Assembly (NCBI GenBank): GCA_049521795.1
Contig: JBEKOM010000001.1
Coordinates: 672,001 to 736,000, forward strand
Reading direction: 5' to 3'
Source of the DNA: Candidatus Bathyarchaeia archaeon
GTDB taxonomy: Archaea; Thermoproteota; Bathyarchaeia; Bathyarchaeales; Bathycorpusculaceae
DNA: 64,000 nt
Shown here: positions 18,231 through 26,977 of the stretch, piece after piece
How positions within the stretch are numbered: the stretch's first letter is position 1
Layout: every line of letters begins with the position of its first letter
Notes under the pieces: model-generated
The model's database searches: none
Told to the model about the DNA's origin: nothing
The model's input: only the letters and a program-made list of their open reading frames with translations
Translations under genes and position numbers: made by a program

Positions 18231-18270
18231 TCCGAAGAAGCCTATTGACATATCCCTTTTTTATCAAGAA
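18231..18270 (+). repeat. imperfect ~40-bp direct repeat, copy 1
   Basis: tccgaagaagcctattgacatatcccttttttatcaagaa; 37 of 40 positions match 37443-37485, with 3 single-base gaps. Confidence 0.8.
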
Positions 18271-18329
18271 AAGGTGTCTATTTTTGAATTACCCAATTTG
18301 AGAGTGAATGTCCGACAGAAGGTTCAGCA

Positions 18330-20762
18330 TTGAACGAGAAGACCCAAGAGTTCAGTCAGATGACGATAGAGAATACAGTCAAGTCTCTGCAGTCAAATCT
18401 GAACCGTGGGCTCTCGCCGGATGAAGTTGCGACCAAGGTAGGCCAGTATGGATACAATGAAATCCCTGAGAAAAAAACTAACCCGCTGAAGATGTTTGCA
18501 AGTAAGTTCTGGGGTCTCACTGCATGGATGCTTGAAATCATAATTGTGCTTTCATGGTTCCTCCACAATTACCCAGACCTGTACATTGTGAGTGGGCTTC
18601 TTGTCTTCAATTCGATACTGGGTTTTGAGGAAGAACAGAGAGCATCAGGCGCTATGGAATCACTGAAACAGAAGCTGCAAGTCAATGCAAGAGTTCTCAG
18701 AGACGGCTCTTGGAGAAACTTGTCGGCTAGAGAATTGGTTCCAGGTGACATAATTAGGACGCGATCCGGTGACTTTGTGCCTGCCGACGTGAAAATAATA
18801 GATGGCGAGCTAGGAGTCGACCAATCAGCCTTGACGGGAGAGTCAATGACAATAGACAAAAAATCAAGCGACGTTCTCTATTCGGGCACCATTGTCAAGA
18901 GAGGCGAATCCAACGGCATCGTCATCTCAACAGGGCTGAAAACGTATTTTGGAAGAACTGCCCAGTTAGTCCAGCTTGCAAGGCCAAAACTGCACATGGA
19001 AGAAGTCATTTCAAACGTCGTCAAGTGGCTTCTGGTTATAGTTGTGTCGCTGATCATCATTGCTGTAGCTGTTTCAGCGTTCGAGGGTATCAGTCTTTTG
19101 GATGTGCTGCCAATAGTCTTGGTTCTATTTTTGTCTGCGATACCTGTTGCTTTGCCGGCAATGTTCACTGTCAGTATGGCGTTGGGCTCTATGGAGTTGG
19201 CCAAAAAAGGCGTGCTTGTGACTAGGCTGAGCGCGTCTGAGGATGCGGCAACGATGAGTGTGCTCTGCGCTGACAAAACGGGCACAATAACCATGAATAA
19301 GCTTTCAGTTGCAAACGTAATCCCTCTGAATGGGTTTACTGAGAAAGATGTAATACTGTACGGTGCCTTGGCTTCTCAAGAGGCTAACCAAGATCCTATT
19401 GATAACGCCTTTATTGTCAAGGCTAAATTGGAGAATTTGCCCGTTTCTTCGTTTGTACAGAGGAATTTTGTTCCTTTTGACGCGAAAACACGGAGAACTG
19501 AAGCCTTGGTGCAAAAGGACAACAGTGAATTCAAGGTCTTGAAGGGAGCTGTCAGTATCATAGCCAAAGAATGTGGGCTTCAAGACGACTTCGCAAGAGA
19601 CTTGGAATCCCGGATGAGCAAGTTGGCCGAAAAAGGTTACAGAACCCTAGCAGTCGCACGAGCACATGATCACGAGTCTCCTGATATTGTCGGTTTAGTG
19701 GCGCTTTACGACATGCCTAGGACTGATTCAAAACAGCTGATACAAGAGCTCAAGCACCTAGGGATATCAGTGAAAATGTTGACAGGAGACGCTCTTGCAA
19801 TAGCGAAGGAAGTTGCAGCTGAAGTAGGGCTCGGCGAACGGGTGATTAAAGCTTCGGACCTGAAAGAATTCGTAAAAGAGAACGCAATAGAAGCGGCACA
19901 GGCAGCCGAGAAAAGCGATGGGTTCGCAGAGATATATCCTGAGGACAAATACGCGATCGTCAAAAGCCTACAAGCCGCAGGACAGGTTGTGGGCATGACA
20001 GGCGACGGCGTGAATGATGCACCAGCCTTGAGACAAGCGGAAGTGGGCATAGCCGTGAGCAGTGCAACGGACGTTGCGAAGGGTGCAGCCAGCGTCGTCC
20101 TAACGAATGAGGGTTTGACCAGCATTGTCGATTTGGTCAGAAATGGGAGGGTAATCTTCGAAAGAATATCTGCATGGGTGCTGAGCAAGATAGTGAGAAC
20201 TTTACAGACTGCCATTTTCGTGGTCCTGTCCTTTATCTTAACGGGTAATTACGTCGTGTCAGCGTTCGCAATAGTTCTCCTCTTTTTCATGACCGACTTC
20301 GTCAAGATAGCACTGTCCACGGACGATTTGAAATGGTCACAGGAACCTAATACTTGGAACATAACTGGGATAGTGAAAGTGTCGCTGCTGCTTAGCACGC
20401 TGATTGTCATCGAGTCGTTTGGGCTCTTATATGTGGGACTCAACGTGTTCCATTTGAATGTCGCCGACGAAACCTTGTACACGTTCAGTTTTGAAATACT
20501 ATTCTATTTTGCCATGTTCCTAATATTCAACGTTAGAGAAAGAGAACATTTTTGGGAGTCGAGACCAAGCAAGACCCTGCTCACAGCAATGATACTGAGT
20601 ATGATTGCTGCAACAATAGTGACGACAACTGGAATTCCAGGCCTCAAACCTATACCATTGAATGAAACTCTATTTGTGGCGTTCTGCACTGCTACACTCT
20701 CGCTAACACTCAATGATCTGGCCAAGTTTCTCTTTGTTAAGAAAACAGAAAATAGATGGTGA
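18330..20762 (+). CDS. P-type ATPase, type IIIA (H+-ATPase-like), copy 1
   Basis: LTGES, IPVALP, DKTGT, MLTGD, MTGDGVNDAPAL, TM6 Asp (MTDF). Confidence 0.9.
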   Translation: MNEKTQEFSQMTIENTVKSLQSNLNRGLSPDEVATKVGQYGYNEIPEKKTNPLKMFASKFWGLTAWMLEIIIVLSWFLHNYPDLYIVSGLLVFNSILGFEEEQRASGAMESLKQKLQVNARVLRDGSWRNLSARELVPGDIIRTRSGDFVPADVKIIDGELGVDQSALTGESMTIDKKSSDVLYSGTIVKRGESNGIVISTGLKTYFGRTAQLVQLARPKLHMEEVISNVVKWLLVIVVSLIIIAVAVSAFEGISLLDVLPIVLVLFLSAIPVALPAMFTVSMALGSMELAKKGVLVTRLSASEDAATMSVLCADKTGTITMNKLSVANVIPLNGFTEKDVILYGALASQEANQDPIDNAFIVKAKLENLPVSSFVQRNFVPFDAKTRRTEALVQKDNSEFKVLKGAVSIIAKECGLQDDFARDLESRMSKLAEKGYRTLAVARAHDHESPDIVGLVALYDMPRTDSKQLIQELKHLGISVKMLTGDALAIAKEVAAEVGLGERVIKASDLKEFVKENAIEAAQAAEKSDGFAEIYPEDKYAIVKSLQAAGQVVGMTGDGVNDAPALRQAEVGIAVSSATDVAKGAASVVLTNEGLTSIVDLVRNGRVIFERISAWVLSKIVRTLQTAIFVVLSFILTGNYVVSAFAIVLLFFMTDFVKIALSTDDLKWSQEPNTWNITGIVKVSLLLSTLIVIESFGLLYVGLNVFHLNVADETLYTFSFEILFYFAMFLIFNVREREHFWESRPSKTLLTAMILSMIAATIVTTTGIPGLKPIPLNETLFVAFCTATLSLTLNDLAKFLFVKKTENRW

Positions 20763-20780
20763 GATGCCCGAAGTCGAAAA

Positions 20781-21023
20781 ATGTCGCATATAAGAAGTGG
20801 CTGCGTCGTCTGTGGGGAGGAACTTGTTTATGGACAGAGTGAGAAACTAGAGTGCTTCTGCTGTCACAAAATTCTTGATTCAAACGCAAAGTGCGGAAAG
20901 GGGCACTACGTCTGCGACAAGTGCTATAGTATGCCTGGAAACGATCTGATAGAGAATTTCTGCAATACCAGCAAAATAGCAGATCCTTTGGAATTTGCGC
21001 GCGCGAGCTTTGCTTTTTTTTGA
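20781..21023 (+). pseudogene. truncated Cys-rich protein resembling the N-terminus of DUF5714-type proteins
   Basis: CVVCG..CFCC..C..GHYVCDKC..DPLE, then breaks off at a (GC)n tract; the HGPEHH domain recalled for full-length homologs is absent. Confidence 0.65.
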
Positions 21024-21031
21024 ATTGAGCA

Positions 21032-23437
21032 TCATTGTGGACCGCTTTTGAATTTGCGTATCAGATATACCTTGACGGGGTCATTGATCAGAAACGTCAC
21101 TATTAATGTATAGCCCAAGATTGTAAGTACGGGTATGTAGCCGAGTGGAGCAAGTTCTAGGAAGCCTAAGAGCGAAATCGCAATCACAAACAGGATTTCC
21201 ACCGTGATTGTGATGTTTAGAAAATTGCTGGGTCGTGACTTCCAGAAATGATTCCGTTCACGTACGATCATGAGAGTGAATACTCCTGCAAGATTCAAAT
21301 AGGCAAACCCGAATGTGTAGATCTTGTCCACGTTCCCGGTCAGCCCGAAATATGATAAACTAGCCACGGTGAGAACTACACTTTCGATTATCATCAGTAT
21401 CCCTAATGATCCGCTGACTCCAAACAGCCGCGAAACTTTGAACGAATCAGGCTTCGAAGAAGACTGCACGTTATCCGTCGATATAGACATCGAGACGAAG
21501 TCGCCTAAGAAAAGCAGGAGCACTGTGCCAGTAATTGACAGCATGAAGGAGTGAGTGAGAAACAGCATGACAACAATGTACCCGACGATATGCAGTTTCC
21601 GAGCGACCATCATCAACGCCCAGCTATAGATCCGCTGGTAAATCGTCCTCGACGTCTTGATCATAGCTATTATGCCTCCAAGACCCTCACCAGTGAGCAC
21701 GGCGCTTGCCGAATCTTTAGCAATATCCATTGCATTCTTGACTGCTATTCCCACTTCTGCCTGACTCAAAGCGGGAGCGTCATTCACACCATCGCCAGTC
21801 ATTCCAACCACGTGCCCGCGGTCCTGAAGAGCCTTCACTATCGTGAACTTGTCTTCAGGGTAAATCTCAGCAATGCCATCACTATCTTCAACCGTGGAGT
21901 CCAGAATCTCCCTTTGATCTTCCAACTTCTCGATCTTTGCCATCTTGGTTATCTTGTCGCCTAAACCTATCTGCTGAGCGATGTTCCTTGCAATCGGGAG
22001 CGCGTCGCCTGTAAGCATCTTCAAAGACACGCCCAAATCGCGGATTCGATCTAATGCGCCACGCGAATCTTCCCGTACCCTGTCGGCCACCCCTGCGAGA
22101 CCGACGAACGCAAGTCGACTCTTGTGATTCCCTCTGGCAACAGCGATCACTCTGAGCCCCTTGGCCGAGAGTGCCTCGGCATGCCTGAACAGGTCTTTTG
22201 ATTCTTTATCTGGTAAATTGCAGGAGGAGCAAATGGTGTTAATTGAGCCTTTTCCCACGTAGAATGTTTCACCCGATTTCTGAATCGTAGCTTCTGTCAT
22301 TCTAGTTTTGGGATCGAATGGCACGAACTCCATTTGCGAGTAACCGTCTAATGAGATATGTTCCTCAGCTGCGGCCGTCAAAAATGCTATATCTATAGGG
22401 TCTTGATTGGCTTCTTTCGATGCGAGCGCCCCGTAGAGCAAAACATCGTTTTTGCTGAGCCCATTAGTCGGAATTTCTTCTTCGATGAAGAGTTTATTCA
22501 TGGTGATTGTGCCTGTCTTGTCCGCACATAATACGTCCATAGTGGCTGCATCCTCGCTTGCGCTGAGCCTTGTAACAAGGACTCCTTGCTTTGCAAGCGC
22601 TGAAGAACCTAGCGCCATATTCACGGTGAACATGGTCGGCATCGCAACTGGCACGGAAGCCACAAGAAGTACTCCTGCAAGCGGCAGCAACACGTCAAAC
22701 GGGAACCCTGTGAGAAGAGCGTACACGAAGACTATTAGAAGAGATCCGAGAACTATCGTAAGAAGTCGGTTTGCAACTTTTACTGTTACCTCCTCCATGT
22801 GCAGCTTAGGTTTTGCAAGCTCGAGCAACGAAACGGTTTTTCCAAAGTAAGTCTTTGTTCCCGTGGCATCGACCGTGCCTGTAGCTTCCCCACGTTTGAC
22901 CGCTGATCCGGAATATGCTTTTTCTCCAAGAGATTTTTCCACGATTATAGATTCGCCTGTGAGGGCTGACTGGTCAACGCCGAAAGAACCGTCGATGATT
23001 TTCACGTCTGCAGGCAAGAGGTCGCCTGCTCTGACTCTTACGAGGTCACCAGGGACAAGTTCCCTAGCTGGAATGATTGACCATTTTCCATCCCTTTTGA
23101 CTCTGCTCTGGATCCGCAGCTTCTGCTTCAACGCAGCCATTGCTGTTCTGGCTCTTTTTTCTCGCCACAGTGCCATTGCAGCATTGAAGAGAAGGAGGAA
23201 CACGATGACGAGAGTTTGTGGATACTTGCCGAGCAGAAACGTGATTACTGCCGTGGCTTCAAGCATCCAAGGGACGATGCCCCAGAACCGTTTTCCAAGC
23301 CTTATGACAAAACTTACTTTCTTCTCAGGGATCTCATTATATCCATACCTTTCAAGCCTTCTCTGGGCTTCAATAGTCTCCAGTCCATTTTCAAAGTTAG
23401 TTTCTGACAATTTCTGTTCTTTATCTGGACCGACCAA
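21032..23437 (-). CDS. P-type ATPase, type IIIA (H+-ATPase-like), copy 2
   Basis: LTGES, VPVAMP, DKTGT, MTGDGVNDAPAL, LGDF; TTG start chosen after SD AGGTGA just downstream of arsR. Confidence 0.9.
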   Translation of the reverse strand: MVGPDKEQKLSETNFENGLETIEAQRRLERYGYNEIPEKKVSFVIRLGKRFWGIVPWMLEATAVITFLLGKYPQTLVIVFLLLFNAAMALWREKRARTAMAALKQKLRIQSRVKRDGKWSIIPARELVPGDLVRVRAGDLLPADVKIIDGSFGVDQSALTGESIIVEKSLGEKAYSGSAVKRGEATGTVDATGTKTYFGKTVSLLELAKPKLHMEEVTVKVANRLLTIVLGSLLIVFVYALLTGFPFDVLLPLAGVLLVASVPVAMPTMFTVNMALGSSALAKQGVLVTRLSASEDAATMDVLCADKTGTITMNKLFIEEEIPTNGLSKNDVLLYGALASKEANQDPIDIAFLTAAAEEHISLDGYSQMEFVPFDPKTRMTEATIQKSGETFYVGKGSINTICSSCNLPDKESKDLFRHAEALSAKGLRVIAVARGNHKSRLAFVGLAGVADRVREDSRGALDRIRDLGVSLKMLTGDALPIARNIAQQIGLGDKITKMAKIEKLEDQREILDSTVEDSDGIAEIYPEDKFTIVKALQDRGHVVGMTGDGVNDAPALSQAEVGIAVKNAMDIAKDSASAVLTGEGLGGIIAMIKTSRTIYQRIYSWALMMVARKLHIVGYIVVMLFLTHSFMLSITGTVLLLFLGDFVSMSISTDNVQSSSKPDSFKVSRLFGVSGSLGILMIIESVVLTVASLSYFGLTGNVDKIYTFGFAYLNLAGVFTLMIVRERNHFWKSRPSNFLNITITVEILFVIAISLLGFLELAPLGYIPVLTILGYTLIVTFLINDPVKVYLIRKFKSGPQ

Positions 23438-23450
23438 ACGCTCACCTAAG

Positions 23451-23777
23451 CTAATAAACCAATTGTTCAACAATACGTTTTGAAATATCGTCCATCAGTT
23501 CGAGGGTCGCCGCATCAATTATCTCAAATATTCTGCGATCTGTAATTGAATAGAGTCTTCTGTTGCCGTCTTTTCTGTCCCTCACTAGACCACAGTCTTT
23601 GAGAATTTTCAAATGGCGGGATACAACGGGCTGGATTAGTCCAACATGCGGGATTATTTCACACACACATTTCTCGTTGGTGCGTAGGAATTCAAGGATT
23701 TCAAGTCTCGTCGGGTCCGATAGGGCGTTAAAAATCTTTGCCTTGAACTTGACGAGTTTCTCTGCTTTGGAATGCAT
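23451..23777 (-). CDS. arsR: ArsR/SmtB-family metalloregulator
   Basis: FNALSDPTRLEIL, EKCVCEI, VSRHLKILKDCGLV. Confidence 0.9.
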   Translation of the reverse strand: MHSKAEKLVKFKAKIFNALSDPTRLEILEFLRTNEKCVCEIIPHVGLIQPVVSRHLKILKDCGLVRDRKDGNRRLYSITDRRIFEIIDAATLELMDDISKRIVEQLVY

Positions 23778-23797
23778 ACTTAGGATAATAACAATAA

Positions 23798-23813
23798 CAA
23801 TATTTAAATATTG
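23798..23813. promoter_or_regulatory. perfect 16-bp palindrome overlapping a TATA box; candidate ArsR operator
   Basis: CAATATTTAAATATTG in the divergent spacer between arsR and the DGC operon. Confidence 0.7.
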
Positions 23814-23879
23814 CTATAGACTCTTCCGTATTGGTATGCTAGAAAAGTCAAACGAGACATACGAGAAGAGGAATAGTTC

Positions 23880-24248
23880 GTGGAAAAAAGAAAAGTGAGC
23901 TTCATATTCTGTGTCTGCACGGGCAAGTGCTCTGGGTTCAAGGATTTGGATATGTGGGATTTCATAAACGTCATAAGAGCCGAGTATCCAGTTGAATACG
24001 CATTCATTCATCCCATGCTTTGTGATGAAGATGGGGAACGTTTCTTTGCAGACTTTCTCCGAAAAGACAGACTCTATGTCATAGGAGGATGTGCCCCAGT
24101 GATGCAGAAAAAATTGTTTCGAGACGCCTTTGCAAAGGCAGGGCTTGACATAAACAAAGACTTGGTTTCTCTTGACGTCAGGAATATGACGACCGAAAAG
24201 GCATTAGAAACTGTGAAGAAAGCCTTGGAGACCGCGGGTCAAGCATGA
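23880..24248 (+). CDS. stand-alone HdrA N-terminal-like Fe-S domain protein
   Basis: FCVC..C...PMLC...GGCAP..QKKLFRDAF..AGL...DVR parallels ICHC...YTC...ASCTP..HEPLF...AGL...NIR in this window's HdrA. Confidence 0.7.
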   Translation: MEKRKVSFIFCVCTGKCSGFKDLDMWDFINVIRAEYPVEYAFIHPMLCDEDGERFFADFLRKDRLYVIGGCAPVMQKKLFRDAFAKAGLDINKDLVSLDVRNMTTEKALETVKKALETAGQA

Positions 24249-24535
24249 CAGAAGAAACATACATGGGTGTTCCACGAAGCAGAATCCCTTGGTGTCCAAA
24301 GATAGATACATTGAAATGTAACCAGTGCGAGGGCGACCCGCAATGCCTCAGATTTTGCCCCCATGGAGTGTTCGAATACAACAAGGAAAAGAAGGAATTC
24401 ATCGTCAAAAACCCAAATAACTGCGTCGTGTTCTGCAGGGCGTGTTCCAAAGTTTGTGCTGAGGACGCTCTGAGTTTTCCAGAGAAGAAGGAAATTCTGA
24501 AGCTGATAAAGAATGTCAGAGAAGAAAAAAAGTAA
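24245..24535 (+). CDS. 2x[4Fe-4S] ferredoxin-like protein
   Basis: CNQCEGDPQCLRFCP and CVVFCRACSKVC. Confidence 0.85.
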   Translation: MTEETYMGVPRSRIPWCPKIDTLKCNQCEGDPQCLRFCPHGVFEYNKEKKEFIVKNPNNCVVFCRACSKVCAEDALSFPEKKEILKLIKNVREEKK

Positions 24536-24917
24536 GTACATAATCATCCCGTGTAGCGGGATCGGAAAGGCACTGGGAACGATAACGCGTAGAGCCACAT
24601 GCATCGTAACTGAAGAACTGTTGCCGAATGATACTGATTCTATTTGTCTTCCTTTGCTCACAATCGAAGATGAGGAGACTGTGCGGAAGATAAGAGAGAA
24701 CCCTTGCATAACCCTAGATGGCTGCGTTGCTCAATGTGCCAAAAAAAATGTTGAACACCATTACGGAGAACTCAAAGGAAGCATCAGGATCCTGGACGTG
24801 ATCAAGGAGAATCCCAAGCTTAAGCCTGGAACCGTGCTGGACATCGGACCTGACGGTGAGAAACTGGCAAGAAAAACAGCCGAAAAAACCGTCAAAATCA
24901 TAGGGGATAAAAGTTGA
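24513..24917 (+). CDS. DGC-domain putative zinc-binding protein 1
   Basis: PCSG...ICLP...LDGCVAQCA. Confidence 0.85.
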   Translation: MSEKKKSKYIIIPCSGIGKALGTITRRATCIVTEELLPNDTDSICLPLLTIEDEETVRKIRENPCITLDGCVAQCAKKNVEHHYGELKGSIRILDVIKENPKLKPGTVLDIGPDGEKLARKTAEKTVKIIGDKS

Positions 24918-25318
24918 TCAAACGCAAAATAGGCCTGATCTCCTGCAGCGGAGAAGGGCTTCCTGAAGGAATGATATCCCGCGTAGCAACTCGAAGAATA
25001 CTAGAAGAACGCGACGATGTCGTAACAATCTGCCTTCCTCTCTTTCTCGCAGGAGGACAAGAAGAGAGAGACTTCGCCAAGGACAATCCTTGCATAACCG
25101 TTGACGGCTGCGACAAGATGTGTGCGGCCAAAGGCGTCCAAATGTACGGCAAAGTGCATCCCAAATCGTCAATAGTCATATCAGACATTGCAGAAAAACA
25201 TAAACATCTTAAACCCAAATCAAAAAGCAGAATAGAACCTCAAGACGAGAAGCTTGTTAGAGAAACCATGAAACGCATTACTGAGGAGATAGACAGAGCA
25301 GAGGAGGAAGAAGAGTAG
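24914..25318 (+). CDS. DGC-domain putative zinc-binding protein 2
   Basis: SCSG...ICLP...VDGCDKMCA. Confidence 0.85.
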   Translation: MIKRKIGLISCSGEGLPEGMISRVATRRILEERDDVVTICLPLFLAGGQEERDFAKDNPCITVDGCDKMCAAKGVQMYGKVHPKSSIVISDIAEKHKHLKPKSKSRIEPQDEKLVRETMKRITEEIDRAEEEEE

Positions 25319-25319
25319 C

Positions 25320-25739
25320 ATGCCAATAGAAAAGAAAGTTGCCGTTGCTGTTTGCACGGGCATGGACCGACCGCTTGCAACAGTGTCCCGATACGCAGGA
25401 TACCATGTTCTAGAAAAACTGAGGACAGACAAGACTGTCTTACTTTGCACTCCAGCCCTAATAGGTGGCGTTCAAGAGGACGTGACCTTTGCCAAAGAGA
25501 ACCCAGTTTTGGTTATCGATGGCTGTGGAGAAAAGTGCTGTGAAAAGATAGTCAACGAGGCGAAAGGGAAAATCAAAGCCGTCATAAACGTTGAAGACGT
25601 TCTTAAGGAGCATGAAGACCTGCAGCCGGAGTCTAGAGCTAAGCTTGGGCCGAAAGGCATGAAACTTGCCGAGATAGTGGGTGAGATGGCCGCGAAGAAG
25701 GTTGACGAGATACTCGCAGAGGTGAACAAGAGTGAGTGA
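25320..25739 (+). CDS. DGC-domain putative zinc-binding protein 3
   Basis: VCTG...LCTP...IDGCGEKCC. Confidence 0.85.
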   Translation: MPIEKKVAVAVCTGMDRPLATVSRYAGYHVLEKLRTDKTVLLCTPALIGGVQEDVTFAKENPVLVIDGCGEKCCEKIVNEAKGKIKAVINVEDVLKEHEDLQPESRAKLGPKGMKLAEIVGEMAAKKVDEILAEVNKSE

Positions 25740-26127
25740 CAAGAAAGTCGCCATAGTTGCTTGCTCTGGCATGGGAAAAGCCCTTGGAACAGTGGCTCGA
25801 CAGGTCGCTTACAAGGTTGTGGACGAACTGAGACCTGACAAGACAGCCCTAATCTGCATTCCATCTTTGACCGCAGGGGTCGGAGAGTACAAGAGCCTGC
25901 TGCAAAAGTATCCTTCTATCATACTCGATGGTTGTGTGGAAAGGTGTGCCACCAAGATCATTTCCAAGAACCGAGGCATTATGAGAGCCAAAGTGTTTAT
26001 GCCCCAAATGGTTGCGAAGTATGGCTTGAAGCCAAAGTCGCGAACTGACCTTGGTGAAGAAGGCGAGAAGCTAGTTTCTAAGATAGCTGAGGAAGTAGCG
26101 GCGCTGGTTGACCAACTATCAAGGTGA
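25732..26127 (+). CDS. DGC-domain putative zinc-binding protein 4
   Basis: ACSG...ICIP...LDGCVERCA. Confidence 0.85.
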   Translation: MSDKKVAIVACSGMGKALGTVARQVAYKVVDELRPDKTALICIPSLTAGVGEYKSLLQKYPSIILDGCVERCATKIISKNRGIMRAKVFMPQMVAKYGLKPKSRTDLGEEGEKLVSKIAEEVAALVDQLSR

Positions 26128-26132
26128 AACAC

Positions 26133-26606
26133 ATGGAACATCTACAACTGAAAGTTGACAAATATACGTTCACTGTTCCCAAAGGTCTCTTCTATAATGA
26201 GAATGATTTCTGGGCCAGAATTGACGGCAAGATAGCCACGGTTGGAATAACGTCCTACCTGCAAAATCATTTGAGTGACATAATCTTCGTTTCCCTTCCA
26301 CAAGTTGGCACGAAGATTGAACAGTTCGGTGAAGCCGGATCTTTTGAATCAGTTAAGGCTGCTCTCGACGTCATATCACCCGTTTCAGGTTCAGTGGTGG
26401 AAGTCAATAATGAATTGGTAATTTCACCTGATCTAGCTAACTCCGATCCATACGGCAAAGGCTGGTTTCTGAAAATCGAGCTGTCAGACTTTGAATCAGA
26501 CAAAGAGAACCTCGCAGACGCTGAAGGATATTTTGAGGTAATGAAGAAAAAAGTCGAGAAAGAACATGAACAACTGAAGGGTACGCACGCTGCAAACAAG
26601 ACGTAG
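26133..26606 (+). CDS. gcvH: glycine cleavage H-like lipoyl carrier protein
   Basis: ATVGIT, FESVKAALDVISPVSG (lipoyl-Lys retained), NSDPYGKGW; ATG after SD AGGTGA. Confidence 0.88.
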   Translation: MEHLQLKVDKYTFTVPKGLFYNENDFWARIDGKIATVGITSYLQNHLSDIIFVSLPQVGTKIEQFGEAGSFESVKAALDVISPVSGSVVEVNNELVISPDLANSDPYGKGWFLKIELSDFESDKENLADAEGYFEVMKKKVEKEHEQLKGTHAANKT

Positions 26607-26624
26607 AGAGGAGATCAAGCCATC

Positions 26625-26855
26625 ATGGATGCAAGCTATGAGGAAATAAGCAGAAAGTACCGGTTACTCAAAACTGAACAGGCGAGTATCGACCTATTCT
26701 CTCTGCAAAGGGAAATTCAGGACTACATAAAGAATCGCCAGGGCGCAAAACGAAAAGCTGGTGATATGGTGGAGGAAGCACAGGACATGTTAATGGATGT
26801 TACGCAGATGATTGAAGAGGGTCACTGTAACCCTCTTAGAAATAAGAAACTGTAG
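26625..26855 (+). CDS. hypothetical helical protein (76 aa)
   Basis: SD GAGGAG, operon position, protein-like composition. Confidence 0.65.
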   Translation: MDASYEEISRKYRLLKTEQASIDLFSLQREIQDYIKNRQGAKRKAGDMVEEAQDMLMDVTQMIEEGHCNPLRNKKL

Positions 26856-26977
26856 TCATTTCTTCTGTCTGGGTTGGAACTATGAAGAGAATTGTGCTTA
26901 TAGCGCTAAGAACGCAGGCAAACACGGGGGACTGAAGCGCTCGTCAGATGCGGGGGAAAGCGAAGAGGTGCTTGTAA

